Below, piece by piece: positions 27,673 through 36,657 of a DNA stretch of 64,000 bases (position 1 is the stretch's first letter; every line of letters begins with the position of its first letter). The notes beneath the pieces are model-generated. The model did not search any database. It was not told the origin of the DNA and was given only the letters and a program-made list of their open reading frames with translations. This DNA is from an uncultured Elusimicrobia bacterium. Its GTDB lineage: Bacteria > Elusimicrobiota > Elusimicrobia > F11. Position numbers and translations under genes: made by a program. The DNA lies in NCBI GenBank assembly GCA_964405835.1, contig CAYOPN010000004.1, forward strand, positions 4,082 to 68,081, in the 5' to 3' direction.

Positions 27673-28181
27673 TTGATGCCCGTAAACGGAATACCGATGT
27701 CTTTTTTCTGGGACTCCGACCGGAAAGAATGCCGCGCGGACAGCGCCGTCGCCAGCAACAACAGGAAGTCGCGCCCGAATGTCCACCAGGTGGCCGCCTC
27801 GCCGCCCGTCTTAAAACAACCGCAAGCGATATTGAGACCCCTTAGCAACGCCGACGCCAGCGCCGTTTGAAAGACAAGCAGCATTGCCAAAATGAGGACG
27901 TGCGCTCCCAACACAATGCGATTGGTGACGAGCGCGATCCCGCAGAACAATTGCACCCACGGAAGCACGATGGCGAGCGGATTGATCGCCCACGTCGGAA
28001 GTACTTTGTAGTTGTAAATCTGCTGCGCGAACGCGCCCGGGGAAACGATCTTGTAATAACTGGCCGCGATGAACAGGATCCCGATACCGATGCGGAGCAC
28101 GTCGTAAAGCGAGAAGGGGAGGTTCAGGTATTTAGTTTTCAATTGGAAGCCCCGCCTGCTGCCATTCCGGATAACCGCCAT
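27663..28181 (-). CDS. MauE/DoxX-family membrane protein
   Basis: It has four predicted TM helices and the LNIACGCF motif typical of MauE-like proteins. The start is uncertain (ATG at 28181 or TTG at 28142). Confidence 0.6.
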   Translation of the reverse strand: MAVIRNGSRRGFQLKTKYLNLPFSLYDVLRIGIGILFIAASYYKIVSPGAFAQQIYNYKVLPTWAINPLAIVLPWVQLFCGIALVTNRIVLGAHVLILAMLLVFQTALASALLRGLNIACGCFKTGGEAATWWTFGRDFLLLLATALSARHSFRSESQKKDIGIPFTGIKWN

Positions 28182-28722
28182 AAAAAATCCGGATGTTCGT
28201 GTAGCCGGACGTCTGCAACTCGCGTCCCAAAAAGAAACTGAGTTCACAACCGATGCCCTCGCAGTAAATAACAATGGGACTTTCGGCCGTCAGGCCTTCC
28301 AGCGCCGCTTGTTGATGGGCGTCCATTTCATAATAAGGAAGGTTGCGGCTGCCGGGAATGCGGCCCGCCTTGAATTCGTCGACGGACCGAGCGTCGAGGA
28401 TCAGCGCCGTTTTTTTCTGCTGGATCTCGATGACCTCGGCGAGCGGAACAAACCCCGGATCATCGGGTCGGGCCATCATTTTGTAGGCGTCTTCAGCGGA
28501 CGTGGAAGAGGTCGGCCAGCGGCCGTTCCATGATATGCCATGGGGCGCCAGCTGACGTAAAAACGCCGCCGGCAATGCCAGCCCGATGAGAAAGACGGAT
28601 TGGAGCGCAGCGACGCGGATGTTACTTCTCCGGCTTTTTTTCCGGGTTAGGGACCGGAGCGGGAGCCGGCGCCATGGTAGCGCGCTTGATGGGTGGCGGC
28701 GGGTTTCCCGTGCGGATGGCAA
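28132..28722 (-). CDS. membrane-anchored rhodanese-domain sulfurtransferase
   Basis: LILDARSVDEFKAGRIPGSRNLP ... VIYCEGIGCELS contains the active-site Cys loop. The only start upstream of the TM helix is the TTG at 28722, which overlaps the DUF1573 gene by 101 nt. Confidence 0.8.
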   Translation of the reverse strand: MPSARETRRHPSSALPWRRLPLRSLTRKKSRRSNIRVAALQSVFLIGLALPAAFLRQLAPHGISWNGRWPTSSTSAEDAYKMMARPDDPGFVPLAEVIEIQQKKTALILDARSVDEFKAGRIPGSRNLPYYEMDAHQQAALEGLTAESPIVIYCEGIGCELSFFLGRELQTSGYTNIRIFYGGYPEWQQAGLPIEN

Positions 28723-29389
28723 GCGTCACACGCGATGTTTCGGTTTCGCTGCGCGCTTCGAGCGTGACGGACGTGTCCTTGGTTTCGCTAAACGGCGAGT
28801 TCACGCTGATCTCCACCGGCAAGGACGCGCCCGCTTTCAAAACACCCGCGGAAAATTTAACGGAGGCCCATGCGGCCGGCGCTTGGACGATGGCCAACGT
28901 GACGTCTTTATCGCTCTTGTTCTGAATAGTGATGGTTTTCTTTTTTCCCTTTGTGTCGGGCTCAAAGCTCGCGATGCCGTCGCCATCCGGAATTATTTTT
29001 GCCGCGGGATCCAGAACATAGCCTTTCAATATCACGTCGTATTCCGCGCCGCCGGCTTCGGTCTTCACCTTCGTGGCTTTGGAAAAACCGGTCCTGGCGT
29101 ATCCACGGGTATTAAATGTGAGACCAACCTTTGTTTCTTGGTTGGAGGTCAAATTGCCCGGAGTGAATTGGGAGGCGGTGCACCCGCATGTCGGCTGGAC
29201 GCTGGTTATGGGGATCAGCTCTGTGCCGGTGTTGCGGATCGTGAATTCGGCGGTGATTTTGGAATTATCGGGGCACCAGCCGAAATCAAATTCGGTGGGC
29301 GTGATAACCAGAGACTGGGGGGAGAACGCGAAAGCGGGTACGGATAACAGCGCGACGGTCAAAATCAACATGCGACGGACAAGGGACAT
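28622..29389 (-). CDS. DUF1573-domain secreted protein
   Basis: It has a signal peptide, and FDFGWCPDNSKITAEFTIRNTGTELIPITSVQPTCGCTAS is the DUF1573 signature. Confidence 0.7.
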   Translation of the reverse strand: MSLVRRMLILTVALLSVPAFAFSPQSLVITPTEFDFGWCPDNSKITAEFTIRNTGTELIPITSVQPTCGCTASQFTPGNLTSNQETKVGLTFNTRGYARTGFSKATKVKTEAGGAEYDVILKGYVLDPAAKIIPDGDGIASFEPDTKGKKKTITIQNKSDKDVTLAIVQAPAAWASVKFSAGVLKAGASLPVEISVNSPFSETKDTSVTLEARSETETSRVTLAIRTGNPPPPIKRATMAPAPAPVPNPEKKPEK

Positions 29390-29417
29390 GTGTTTCCTCC
29401 TGAAAATAACGGCAATC

Positions 29418-30707
29418 TTAGTAAAGAATGAACGGGATAATTTGTTCCCGGAACGCGGCCAACCCCGATTCGTAATACGCGAACAGCTCTTCGGCGCTTA
29501 TTTTTCCTTCGGACGCTTCACGCAGTTTGTTGGAACCGCTCACAACGCGCACCTCGTCCCATTCGGGTTTGAAATCTTTGGGGTTCGACTTGTGAAGAAA
29601 CAAAAACGCGCGCGCAAATATCTGGAACGGGCGGATGGTCTCGCGGTCGGTGACGATCAATCGCACGCCGTGGCAAACCTCCCCCGCGTAGACGTCCTTC
29701 TCCGGCGTGAACTCGACAATTTCAAAAAGAACGCCGGGAAAATTCTGTTCGCGCAGATACGCGCACAGCGCCTTGGCGTTGATCCATGGCGCGCCGAACA
29801 GCTCAAACGGCGTCTCCGTGCCGCGGCCGACGGCCACGTTGGTGGCCTCAAACGCGCCGATGCCGGGGTATAACAACGCCGCCGTCAACGACCGGATGTT
29901 GGGAGACGGGTTGATGAAAGCGAGGCCGGTTTGGTCGTACCAGTCGGTCCGCTTCCAGCCTTTCATCCGCACCACATGCAAGTCGGCCTTCACGCCGCGG
30001 ACCTTGTTGAACCAAAGCGCCAATTCTCCGACGGTAAAACCATGGCGGACCGGGACCTCAAAATATCCGGTCATGCGCCGAATTTCCGGATCCAGGATGC
30101 CTCCTTCAATAATATCGCCCCGCACCGGATTCGGCCGGTCCAGCACAACAAACCGCAGTTTTTTCTCGGCCGCCGCTTCCATCGCCATGCCCATCGTGGT
30201 GATGTACGTGTAAAAACGCGTGCCGATGTCTTGAATATCGAAAACGATGGTGTTCACATTTTTCAGCATCTTCGCGGTGGGACGCGTCGTCGGGCCATAG
30301 AGGCTGTATATCGGCAGCTTGGTCTTCGGGTCAATCCAATCGATGACGGTCTGGCCGTGGTCCGCCTTGCCGCGAAATCCATGTTCCGGTGTGAGCACGC
30401 AGACCAGTTTCACGTTGGGCGCCGCGCGCAGAATGTCGATGGTGGAATCGCCGTCGCGATCAACGCCGGTATGGTTGGTAATCAGCGCCACGCTCCGCCC
30501 TTTTAACGGCTCAAAGTCGAGCCGCTCCAACTCGTCGATGCCCAATGAAACTTGAGCAAAAACCGGTCCAGCTAACACCATCATTCCGAAAAATATCGTC
30601 GTTCCGAAGAACATCGTCATCCCGGCGAAAGCCGGGATCCAGGTCTTAAACATCAGGCAAAGGACTGGGCCCCGGCTTTCGCCGGGGTGACGGGTGTGTT
30701 GTTTCAT
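29418..30707 (-). CDS. namZ: exo-beta-N-acetylmuramidase NamZ family (DUF1343)
   Basis: Contains LKGRSVALITNHTGVDRDG...LTPEHGFRG and IVFDIQDIGTRFYTYITTM. The start is ambiguous: ATG at 30707 (ATGA-coupled to the symporter stop), 30653 (MFKTWIPAFAGMT inside REP copy C), 30620 or 30614 (MFFGTTIFFGMMVLAGPVFA signal peptide). Confidence 0.8.
   Translation of the reverse strand: MKQHTRHPGESRGPVLCLMFKTWIPAFAGMTMFFGTTIFFGMMVLAGPVFAQVSLGIDELERLDFEPLKGRSVALITNHTGVDRDGDSTIDILRAAPNVKLVCVLTPEHGFRGKADHGQTVIDWIDPKTKLPIYSLYGPTTRPTAKMLKNVNTIVFDIQDIGTRFYTYITTMGMAMEAAAEKKLRFVVLDRPNPVRGDIIEGGILDPEIRRMTGYFEVPVRHGFTVGELALWFNKVRGVKADLHVVRMKGWKRTDWYDQTGLAFINPSPNIRSLTAALLYPGIGAFEATNVAVGRGTETPFELFGAPWINAKALCAYLREQNFPGVLFEIVEFTPEKDVYAGEVCHGVRLIVTDRETIRPFQIFARAFLFLHKSNPKDFKPEWDEVRVVSGSNKLREASEGKISAEELFAYYESGLAAFREQIIPFILY
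30615..30692. repeat. REP/MITE-like palindromic element, copy C (78-nt form)
   Basis: It differs from copy D at one position and lies within the 5' end of the longest namZ ORF. Confidence 0.9.
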
Positions 30708-32128
30708 ATTTTTTCCTTATCCATGACCGGCGCCAATAACCGCGCGAGCGCCATGGTTCCAAACGTCCCGATGAGAACGAGCCACGTCCATCCGACGTTC
30801 ACGACTTTTTTCTCGGTCAATATCAACAGCGTGAAGTTGAGGACGGCCATGAACACCATCGCCACGATGTTCGCGCGGTTGCTTTTCACTTTTGTCAAAA
30901 GCCCCAGCAGGAAAACTCCGAGCAATGAACCAAACGTAACGCCGCCGATTTTAAATGCGAGCCACAAAAAGCCGCTCAAGAAACTGAACGAATAGGCGAG
31001 GACCGCCAAAATCACGCCGAACACGAACACCATCACGCGCGCAACCTTCAAATAATGTTGGTCTGTTTCGTCTTTACGTATGAGCGGCCGGTAGAAATCG
31101 GTGACAAAGGAGGCCGTAAGGGAACCCAGCGGTGAATCGATGCTCGCCATGACAACCGCGGCAAGCACGAGCCCGCGCAACAATTCCGGCATTTGCGTGC
31201 TCGCGAAGAAGGGGAAAATATCGTCGGGTTTGGCCGGCAGCGCCGCGCCCGCGTGCTGTTGATAGAACACGAACAACCCCGCCCCGATAATTAGATGAAG
31301 CGACATCACAAATAGCCCGACGATCGGCGTGGCCAGCGTGGCCTTCTGCGATTGTTTGCGCGTTTCCAGCGTCAGCAAACGCTGCATGAGTTCATGGTCC
31401 GTTCCATAAGCGGCCATCGAACCGAAGAACCCGTTGAGGATGGCGAGCCACCAGATGTTCGCGGAGCCGGGCGTGGTGTTGATGATGTCGAGCTTGCCGG
31501 CCGCGTTCGCCGCCGAAAAAATGCCCATGAAGCCACCGTCAATCGCGCCACTCAAAAACCACAACGTGCCAAGGGCCGCTATAACGAAGGACGCGGTCTG
31601 CCAGACGCCGGTCCAGATGACGGCCTTCACACCGCCCCAACTAATGTAGAGCATCGAAGCAATCGAGAAAATAATGATGGTCGCGACGAGATTCCAGCCC
31701 ATGAGCACCGACACCGCGGTCGCGGCCACGGTGAGCCGCACGCCCGAACCCAAGAGCCGCGTCACAAAAAAGAACGCGGTGCCCGCGTATTGCGTTTCGG
31801 AGCCGAAGCGGTGCTTCAGAAATTCGTAAATGGTCGTGCAGTTGAACTTGTAGAAGGCCGGTATAAAAAAGAACGCGAGTGCGATGCGCGATGCGAACGA
31901 ACCGATGAAAAACTGCAGATACTCCCAGTTCTCTTTGTAAGCGGTGGCCGGCACCGAGATGATGGTGACCGCCGAAATTTCGGTGGCGACGAAGGACAAA
32001 CAGGCCGCCCACATGGGGATTTTTCTGTTTCCAAGAAAGAAGGACTGCGTGGAATTTTCGTCGCGACCCATCCAGAAACCGATCCCAAACAAAATTGCGA
32101 CCGAAATGCCGACCACCAAATAATTCAT
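30704..32128 (-). CDS. sodium:solute symporter (SSS) family transporter
   Basis: About 13 TM segments and the SWGGVKAVIWTGVWQT block typical of the SSF family. Confidence 0.85.
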   Translation of the reverse strand: MNYLVVGISVAILFGIGFWMGRDENSTQSFFLGNRKIPMWAACLSFVATEISAVTIISVPATAYKENWEYLQFFIGSFASRIALAFFFIPAFYKFNCTTIYEFLKHRFGSETQYAGTAFFFVTRLLGSGVRLTVAATAVSVLMGWNLVATIIIFSIASMLYISWGGVKAVIWTGVWQTASFVIAALGTLWFLSGAIDGGFMGIFSAANAAGKLDIINTTPGSANIWWLAILNGFFGSMAAYGTDHELMQRLLTLETRKQSQKATLATPIVGLFVMSLHLIIGAGLFVFYQQHAGAALPAKPDDIFPFFASTQMPELLRGLVLAAVVMASIDSPLGSLTASFVTDFYRPLIRKDETDQHYLKVARVMVFVFGVILAVLAYSFSFLSGFLWLAFKIGGVTFGSLLGVFLLGLLTKVKSNRANIVAMVFMAVLNFTLLILTEKKVVNVGWTWLVLIGTFGTMALARLLAPVMDKEKI

Positions 32129-33273
32129 GGGCGCGTGATGGACCCAAGCACGCGCGCGTGTTTGGCGCCGGTGCCGGAGGGGAGATGGTTGACTTGATGA
32201 TGCAGACAGCGCAACCCGAAGAACGCGAACGCCAGCGGCTCTTTCGCCTGGGCGGGAAGTCCGGCCTGTCCGCCGAGCAGGCGGGTTGACTCAATTGATT
32301 TGACCGGGATCGGCGCGAACAAACATTCCAATTTCTTCATGAGCGTCTTGTTGTGCACGCCGCCCCCCGACACCACGAGTTCTTCAATCGGATAATTATT
32401 GAAGATGTGGTCGCGAAAACTTTCCTGGATCGTGATGCAGGTAAAATAATTCAGTGTGGCCAACGCGTCGGCCGGGTGCGACGTGATCATCGCGCCCAGA
32501 TGTTCCCTGAGAAATTGTTCGTTGAAGATTTCGGGGCCGGTCGATTTCGGCGGCAGCTTCTTAAAAAATGGATGCGCGATCATTTTCTGAATGGCCGGCA
32601 TGTTGATCGCGCCCTGTTTCGCGAAATGGCCGTTCTTGTCGAACGATTCTTTTCCATGCGTGATCTGCCGCACCGCCATGTCCATCAAACAATTGGCGGG
32701 GCCTGTATCGAACGCAAGAGGTGACGCGATACCCTTGCCGACCACGGTCACGTTCGCGATTCCGCCCAAGTTGAGCAGCGCGCGCACCGGTCCATTTCCA
32801 TAGAAGAATTGGTCAAAAAACGGAATAAGCGGCGCGCCCTGGCCGCCGGCCGCGATGTCCCGCTGGCGGAAATGCGAAACCACGGGAATGCCCGTTCGTT
32901 CGGCAATGACGGCCGGATCGGCGAGCTGAAAAGTATTTTTCAACTCGTCATCGGGCCCGTGATAAATGGTTTGGCCGTGCGAGCCGATGCAAGCGACATT
33001 CTCCGGCTTCGTGTGCGTTTTTTTTAAAAGTTTCAGCGCGGCCGTCGCAAAAATTTCGCCGAGCTCGCGGTTCAGCAGCGACGCGTCCGCGGCTGAGAGA
33101 TCACCGCGCTGACGGATTTTTTTAAGAATGCTGTCAGGGTAATCGACGGTCACGTCGGCGATGAATTCAAACGAGTGGTTTTTAAAGGAACCGAGCGCGG
33201 CGGACACGCCGTCGGCGGAAGTGCCGGACATGAGGCCCAGCGCGAGGGTCGAGGTCATCCGACCTGATGTCAT
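32125..33273 (-). CDS. anmK: anhydro-N-acetylmuramic acid kinase
   Basis: GLMSGTSADGVSAAL at the N-terminus and the IANVT and GGGVHN blocks. Confidence 0.9.
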   Translation of the reverse strand: MTSGRMTSTLALGLMSGTSADGVSAALGSFKNHSFEFIADVTVDYPDSILKKIRQRGDLSAADASLLNRELGEIFATAALKLLKKTHTKPENVACIGSHGQTIYHGPDDELKNTFQLADPAVIAERTGIPVVSHFRQRDIAAGGQGAPLIPFFDQFFYGNGPVRALLNLGGIANVTVVGKGIASPLAFDTGPANCLMDMAVRQITHGKESFDKNGHFAKQGAINMPAIQKMIAHPFFKKLPPKSTGPEIFNEQFLREHLGAMITSHPADALATLNYFTCITIQESFRDHIFNNYPIEELVVSGGGVHNKTLMKKLECLFAPIPVKSIESTRLLGGQAGLPAQAKEPLAFAFFGLRCLHHQVNHLPSGTGAKHARVLGSITRP

Positions 33274-34181
33274 TCGGTCAAGGCCGCGTGCAAATGCCCG
33301 TTCACATCGGCCAATTGCTGGACGGCTTCAGCACGGCCAATTTTTTTCTTGGCCATCAGCACAGCGACTTTCGCGTTGCCACCGGACGCCCGCAACAGTT
33401 TCGCAGCTTTTGAAGAGGGTACGCCGGCCAATTCGGATATAAGACGCGTTGCGCGCGCGGTGAGCTTGGCCGAACGCGGCTGCAAATCCACCATGCGGTT
33501 GCCATAGACTTTACCGAGCTGGATCATCGTGCCGACCGTGAGCATGTTCAAAACGAGTTTCGTGGCGGTGCCGGCCTTAAGCCGCGTGGAACCGGAGATG
33601 ACTTCGGGCCCGGTTTTCACGGCAATGGTCACGTGCGCGGGGCTCATCAATTGCCCAGAGTGGCACGTCACCAAAACAGTTTTTGCGCCGCGCTTCCGGG
33701 CGGCCGCGAGCCCCGCTTGCACAAACGGCGTGATGCCGCTCGCCGCCACGCCAATGACAACATCTTTATCGCGGACTTTACCGCGCACAAACCGTTCAGC
33801 GTCCGCGCCGCGGTCCTCCGCGCCTTCCTTCGATCGAAACACCGAGGACTTGCCGCCGGCCATCACGGCCTGGATCAGTGAGGGCGGGGTATTAAAAGTG
33901 GGGGGGCACTCCGCCGCTTCCAACACGGCCAGGCGCCCGCTCGTGCCGGCGCCCAAAATAAAAATACGGCCTCCGGACTTGACCGCGAACAACAGAACGT
34001 GGACGGCCTTTTCAATTTGGGGGATTTGCGCGCGGACCGCGCGGGCCACGGTGGCGTCTTCGTTGTTGATGGTGCGGAGGGCTTTTCCGACGGAAAAACG
34101 GTCAATCTGGCGGGAACGGGGGTTGTTTTGCTCGGTGGGGAGCCGCGCGTAAATTGAGTGCGATTTCACGCCGGGAAACAT
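33270..34181 (-). CDS. murQ: N-acetylmuramic acid 6-phosphate etherase
   Basis: Contains LPTEQNNPRSRQIDRFS, the SIS domain block GAGTSGRLAVLEAAECPPTF, and GSTRLKAGTATKLVLN. The ATG at 34181 gives a typical ~303-aa MurQ. The ORF extends to 34307. Confidence 0.9.
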   Translation of the reverse strand: MFPGVKSHSIYARLPTEQNNPRSRQIDRFSVGKALRTINNEDATVARAVRAQIPQIEKAVHVLLFAVKSGGRIFILGAGTSGRLAVLEAAECPPTFNTPPSLIQAVMAGGKSSVFRSKEGAEDRGADAERFVRGKVRDKDVVIGVAASGITPFVQAGLAAARKRGAKTVLVTCHSGQLMSPAHVTIAVKTGPEVISGSTRLKAGTATKLVLNMLTVGTMIQLGKVYGNRMVDLQPRSAKLTARATRLISELAGVPSSKAAKLLRASGGNAKVAVLMAKKKIGRAEAVQQLADVNGHLHAALTE

Positions 34182-34247
34182 ATCAAAGTTTTTTACCGCC
34201 GCGTAAAAATCTCGAAACCTCCGCTGGACTTTGGTAGATTGTTGGTC

Positions 34248-34466
34248 ATGAAAAAAATTTGGGTCCATAAAGCCCGTTCGCTTCGTGAAGCGAATGATTT
34301 TGATCAAAAATACTATCGCAATATGTCGCCCACCGAACGATTGGATACCGTAGAGTTTCTAAGAAAAGAAGCCGATCGATTCCTACCCAACAATAATGGA
34401 AAGCACTCAAAAAGACTACGAAGAGTTATTACGATTATTAAACTGAAAAAGAAAACTTCAGAATAA
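34248..34466 (+). CDS. small basic hypothetical protein (72 aa)
   Basis: Internal ATG of ORF 34158..34466. It sits in the divergent spacer between murQ and nagZ. I recognised no family. Confidence 0.3.
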   Translation: MKKIWVHKARSLREANDFDQKYYRNMSPTERLDTVEFLRKEADRFLPNNNGKHSKRLRRVITIIKLKKKTSE

Positions 34467-34472
34467 ATTGAT

Positions 34473-35996
34473 ATGTCCCAGACACTTGAAGGTCTCGTCG
34501 GTTCCAAACTTGTCATTGGGTTTCCCGGGACCAAAATCACTCCTGAGATTGTCCAGCAATTCCGGACCACGCACGCCGGTGGCGTTATTTTTTACCGCAT
34601 CAACTTTGAATCCCCGCAGCAACTCCGCAAACTGATCTCCGATTTGGAAAACGCGCTCGGCCGCAAACTGCTTGTTACCGTCGACCAGGAAGGGGGGCGC
34701 GTTACCATGTACCGCGACGGCGTGACCATTTTCCCGGACAATTTGGCTTTCGTCCGGACCGGCAATGTCGATTACGCGAAGAAGGCCGGTGAAATTGTGG
34801 CCAAGGAACTGCGCGCGCTTGGCACCGATGTAAACTTCGCGCCGGTCGTGGACGTGCTCGAGACACCCTATTCGCCGAACATCGGCATCCGCTCGTTCGG
34901 CACCGACCCGAAATTGGTCTCGGACATGGGCGTGGCCTATATCAAAGCGCTGCAAGCGGGCGGCGTGTCGGCGACAGCAAAACATTTTCCAGGCAGCGGC
35001 CCCGCCACCATCGACGGCCACCTGAAATTGCCCACCATCCAATTCACGTGGGACGAGATGAAACCCCATCTGCAGCCGTTTATCCGCTCCATTGAGGCCG
35101 GCGTGGACGTGATCATGTCCTCGCACCCCAAATATCCGCGTCTCGACCCCAATCCCGGCAACATTGCCACCTTCTCGCGCCGCATCATGACGGACTGTCT
35201 GCGCGACGAACTGGGGTTTAAAGGTGTGATATCCAGCGACGACTTGGAAATGGGGGCCATTAAAGAGATGTGTCCGATCGATGTGGCCGCCGTGAAGACC
35301 GTCGCGGCCGGACATGATCTGGTCCTGAGCTGCCATGATTTCGAAAGCCAACTCAAATGTTATCGAGGATTGGTAGAAGCTTATAAAGGAAAGCTTTTGC
35401 CAATCAATGAGTTAGAAGAAAGCAATGACCGTATCGAAAAGTTGAAATCCAAACGTAAAAATCGGTTTGAAGGAACGCCGGCGGCGCATCCGGAAGGGGA
35501 AAAACTGGCGCTAAAGATCGCATCCGAAGGCGTAGAGGTCATTCAAGACCCGGACAAGGTCCTTCCGCTTCCCAATTCGCTTCGGCAAGACATAGGAATC
35601 ATCTTCCCGCAGCTCTCCAGTTTCGCTCCAAAGATAATGATTGAGAAAGCATTTGAAGATGAAATTGGATTTTTTCACGAAATCTTGGGCCACCTTCCAG
35701 AGAAGCATGTCACCGAGGTTTATGGCATCAATCCCAGCGATGACGACATTGAGAATTGCGCTAACTTGGCCCGCCGGTCCACCGTCACACTGTTCTTTTG
35801 TTTCGACGCCCATCTCTACCCCAAAGAGCAAGAACTCTTCGCGATGCTTCAACGCTCGTCCCGGAAGCTGGTGGTGGTCCTGCTCCGCAATCCGTACGAC
35901 AAGACCTTCGTGCGACCCAAAGACGCCTGTTTGACGGCCTTCGGCTTCCGCCGTTCTCAAATCCAAGCTGTTATCGACAAGATCTACGGAGAATAA
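34473..35996 (+). CDS. nagZ: beta-N-acetylhexosaminidase, glycoside hydrolase family 3 (NagZ-like, with an extra C-terminal domain)
   Basis: Contains VDQEGGRV, KHFPGSG and ISSDDLEMGAI. Confidence 0.85.
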   Translation: MSQTLEGLVGSKLVIGFPGTKITPEIVQQFRTTHAGGVIFYRINFESPQQLRKLISDLENALGRKLLVTVDQEGGRVTMYRDGVTIFPDNLAFVRTGNVDYAKKAGEIVAKELRALGTDVNFAPVVDVLETPYSPNIGIRSFGTDPKLVSDMGVAYIKALQAGGVSATAKHFPGSGPATIDGHLKLPTIQFTWDEMKPHLQPFIRSIEAGVDVIMSSHPKYPRLDPNPGNIATFSRRIMTDCLRDELGFKGVISSDDLEMGAIKEMCPIDVAAVKTVAAGHDLVLSCHDFESQLKCYRGLVEAYKGKLLPINELEESNDRIEKLKSKRKNRFEGTPAAHPEGEKLALKIASEGVEVIQDPDKVLPLPNSLRQDIGIIFPQLSSFAPKIMIEKAFEDEIGFFHEILGHLPEKHVTEVYGINPSDDDIENCANLARRSTVTLFFCFDAHLYPKEQELFAMLQRSSRKLVVVLLRNPYDKTFVRPKDACLTAFGFRRSQIQAVIDKIYGE

Positions 35997-35997
35997 A

Positions 35998-36657
35998 ATG
36001 GATATCTACGCCGACGTTGGAGGGACCCACGTGCGCGCTTGGGCAGAGGGAGAAGGCAAGCGCATCGAGAACCTTATTATTGGGCTCCGCGGCGTGTGGA
36101 CCAGCGCCGAAAAAACCGCCTGGAAGAAGAAATTCCGCGGCATCGCGCCCAAGATTACGGTGCTCTCCGATGTGGAACTGGCCCACCGCATCAAATTTGG
36201 CAAGGGCCCCGGTATTGTGATCAACGCCGGCACCGGCGCCATCGCTTATGGCCGCAACATCGACGGAAAAACCGCGCGCGCGGGAGGATTGGGACCGCTG
36301 GTGGGCGACGAGGGCTCGGCTTTTTGGATTGGAAAAGAATATTTACGGATGCAATACCAGATCGAACCCGATCACCGTGTCATCCGGCCCTATGTGGTGG
36401 GAGCGAACCCGGTGGCCAAAATCGCCGCGCTCGCCAAAAAAGTCGTTCAGATTGCCGAAGAAAAACCCAATTCGTTTGAGCGGCGGATTGTCAACGAGGC
36501 GTTCGTGCATCTGCGGGAGCTGCTAAAGGAAGTGCGGATGAAACTGCGGATGCCGCACCGCAGTCCGATCGGACTGACGGGCGGGTTGTTCGAAAACAAA
36601 TTCTTTAAGATGTCGTTCGCAAAGTTTTTAACGGGGAACGGCGGTTCCGGGTTTTGA
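35998..36657 (+). CDS. BadF/BadG/BcrA/BcrD-type ATPase (GlcNAc/MurNAc kinase-like), unusually short
   Basis: Contains IYADVGGTHVRAW, INAGTGAIAYG and GPLVGDEGSAFWIG. At 219 aa it is well below the ~300 aa I recall for this family. Its 3' end overlaps the convergent hpf by 53 nt. Confidence 0.55.
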   Translation: MDIYADVGGTHVRAWAEGEGKRIENLIIGLRGVWTSAEKTAWKKKFRGIAPKITVLSDVELAHRIKFGKGPGIVINAGTGAIAYGRNIDGKTARAGGLGPLVGDEGSAFWIGKEYLRMQYQIEPDHRVIRPYVVGANPVAKIAALAKKVVQIAEEKPNSFERRIVNEAFVHLRELLKEVRMKLRMPHRSPIGLTGGLFENKFFKMSFAKFLTGNGGSGF

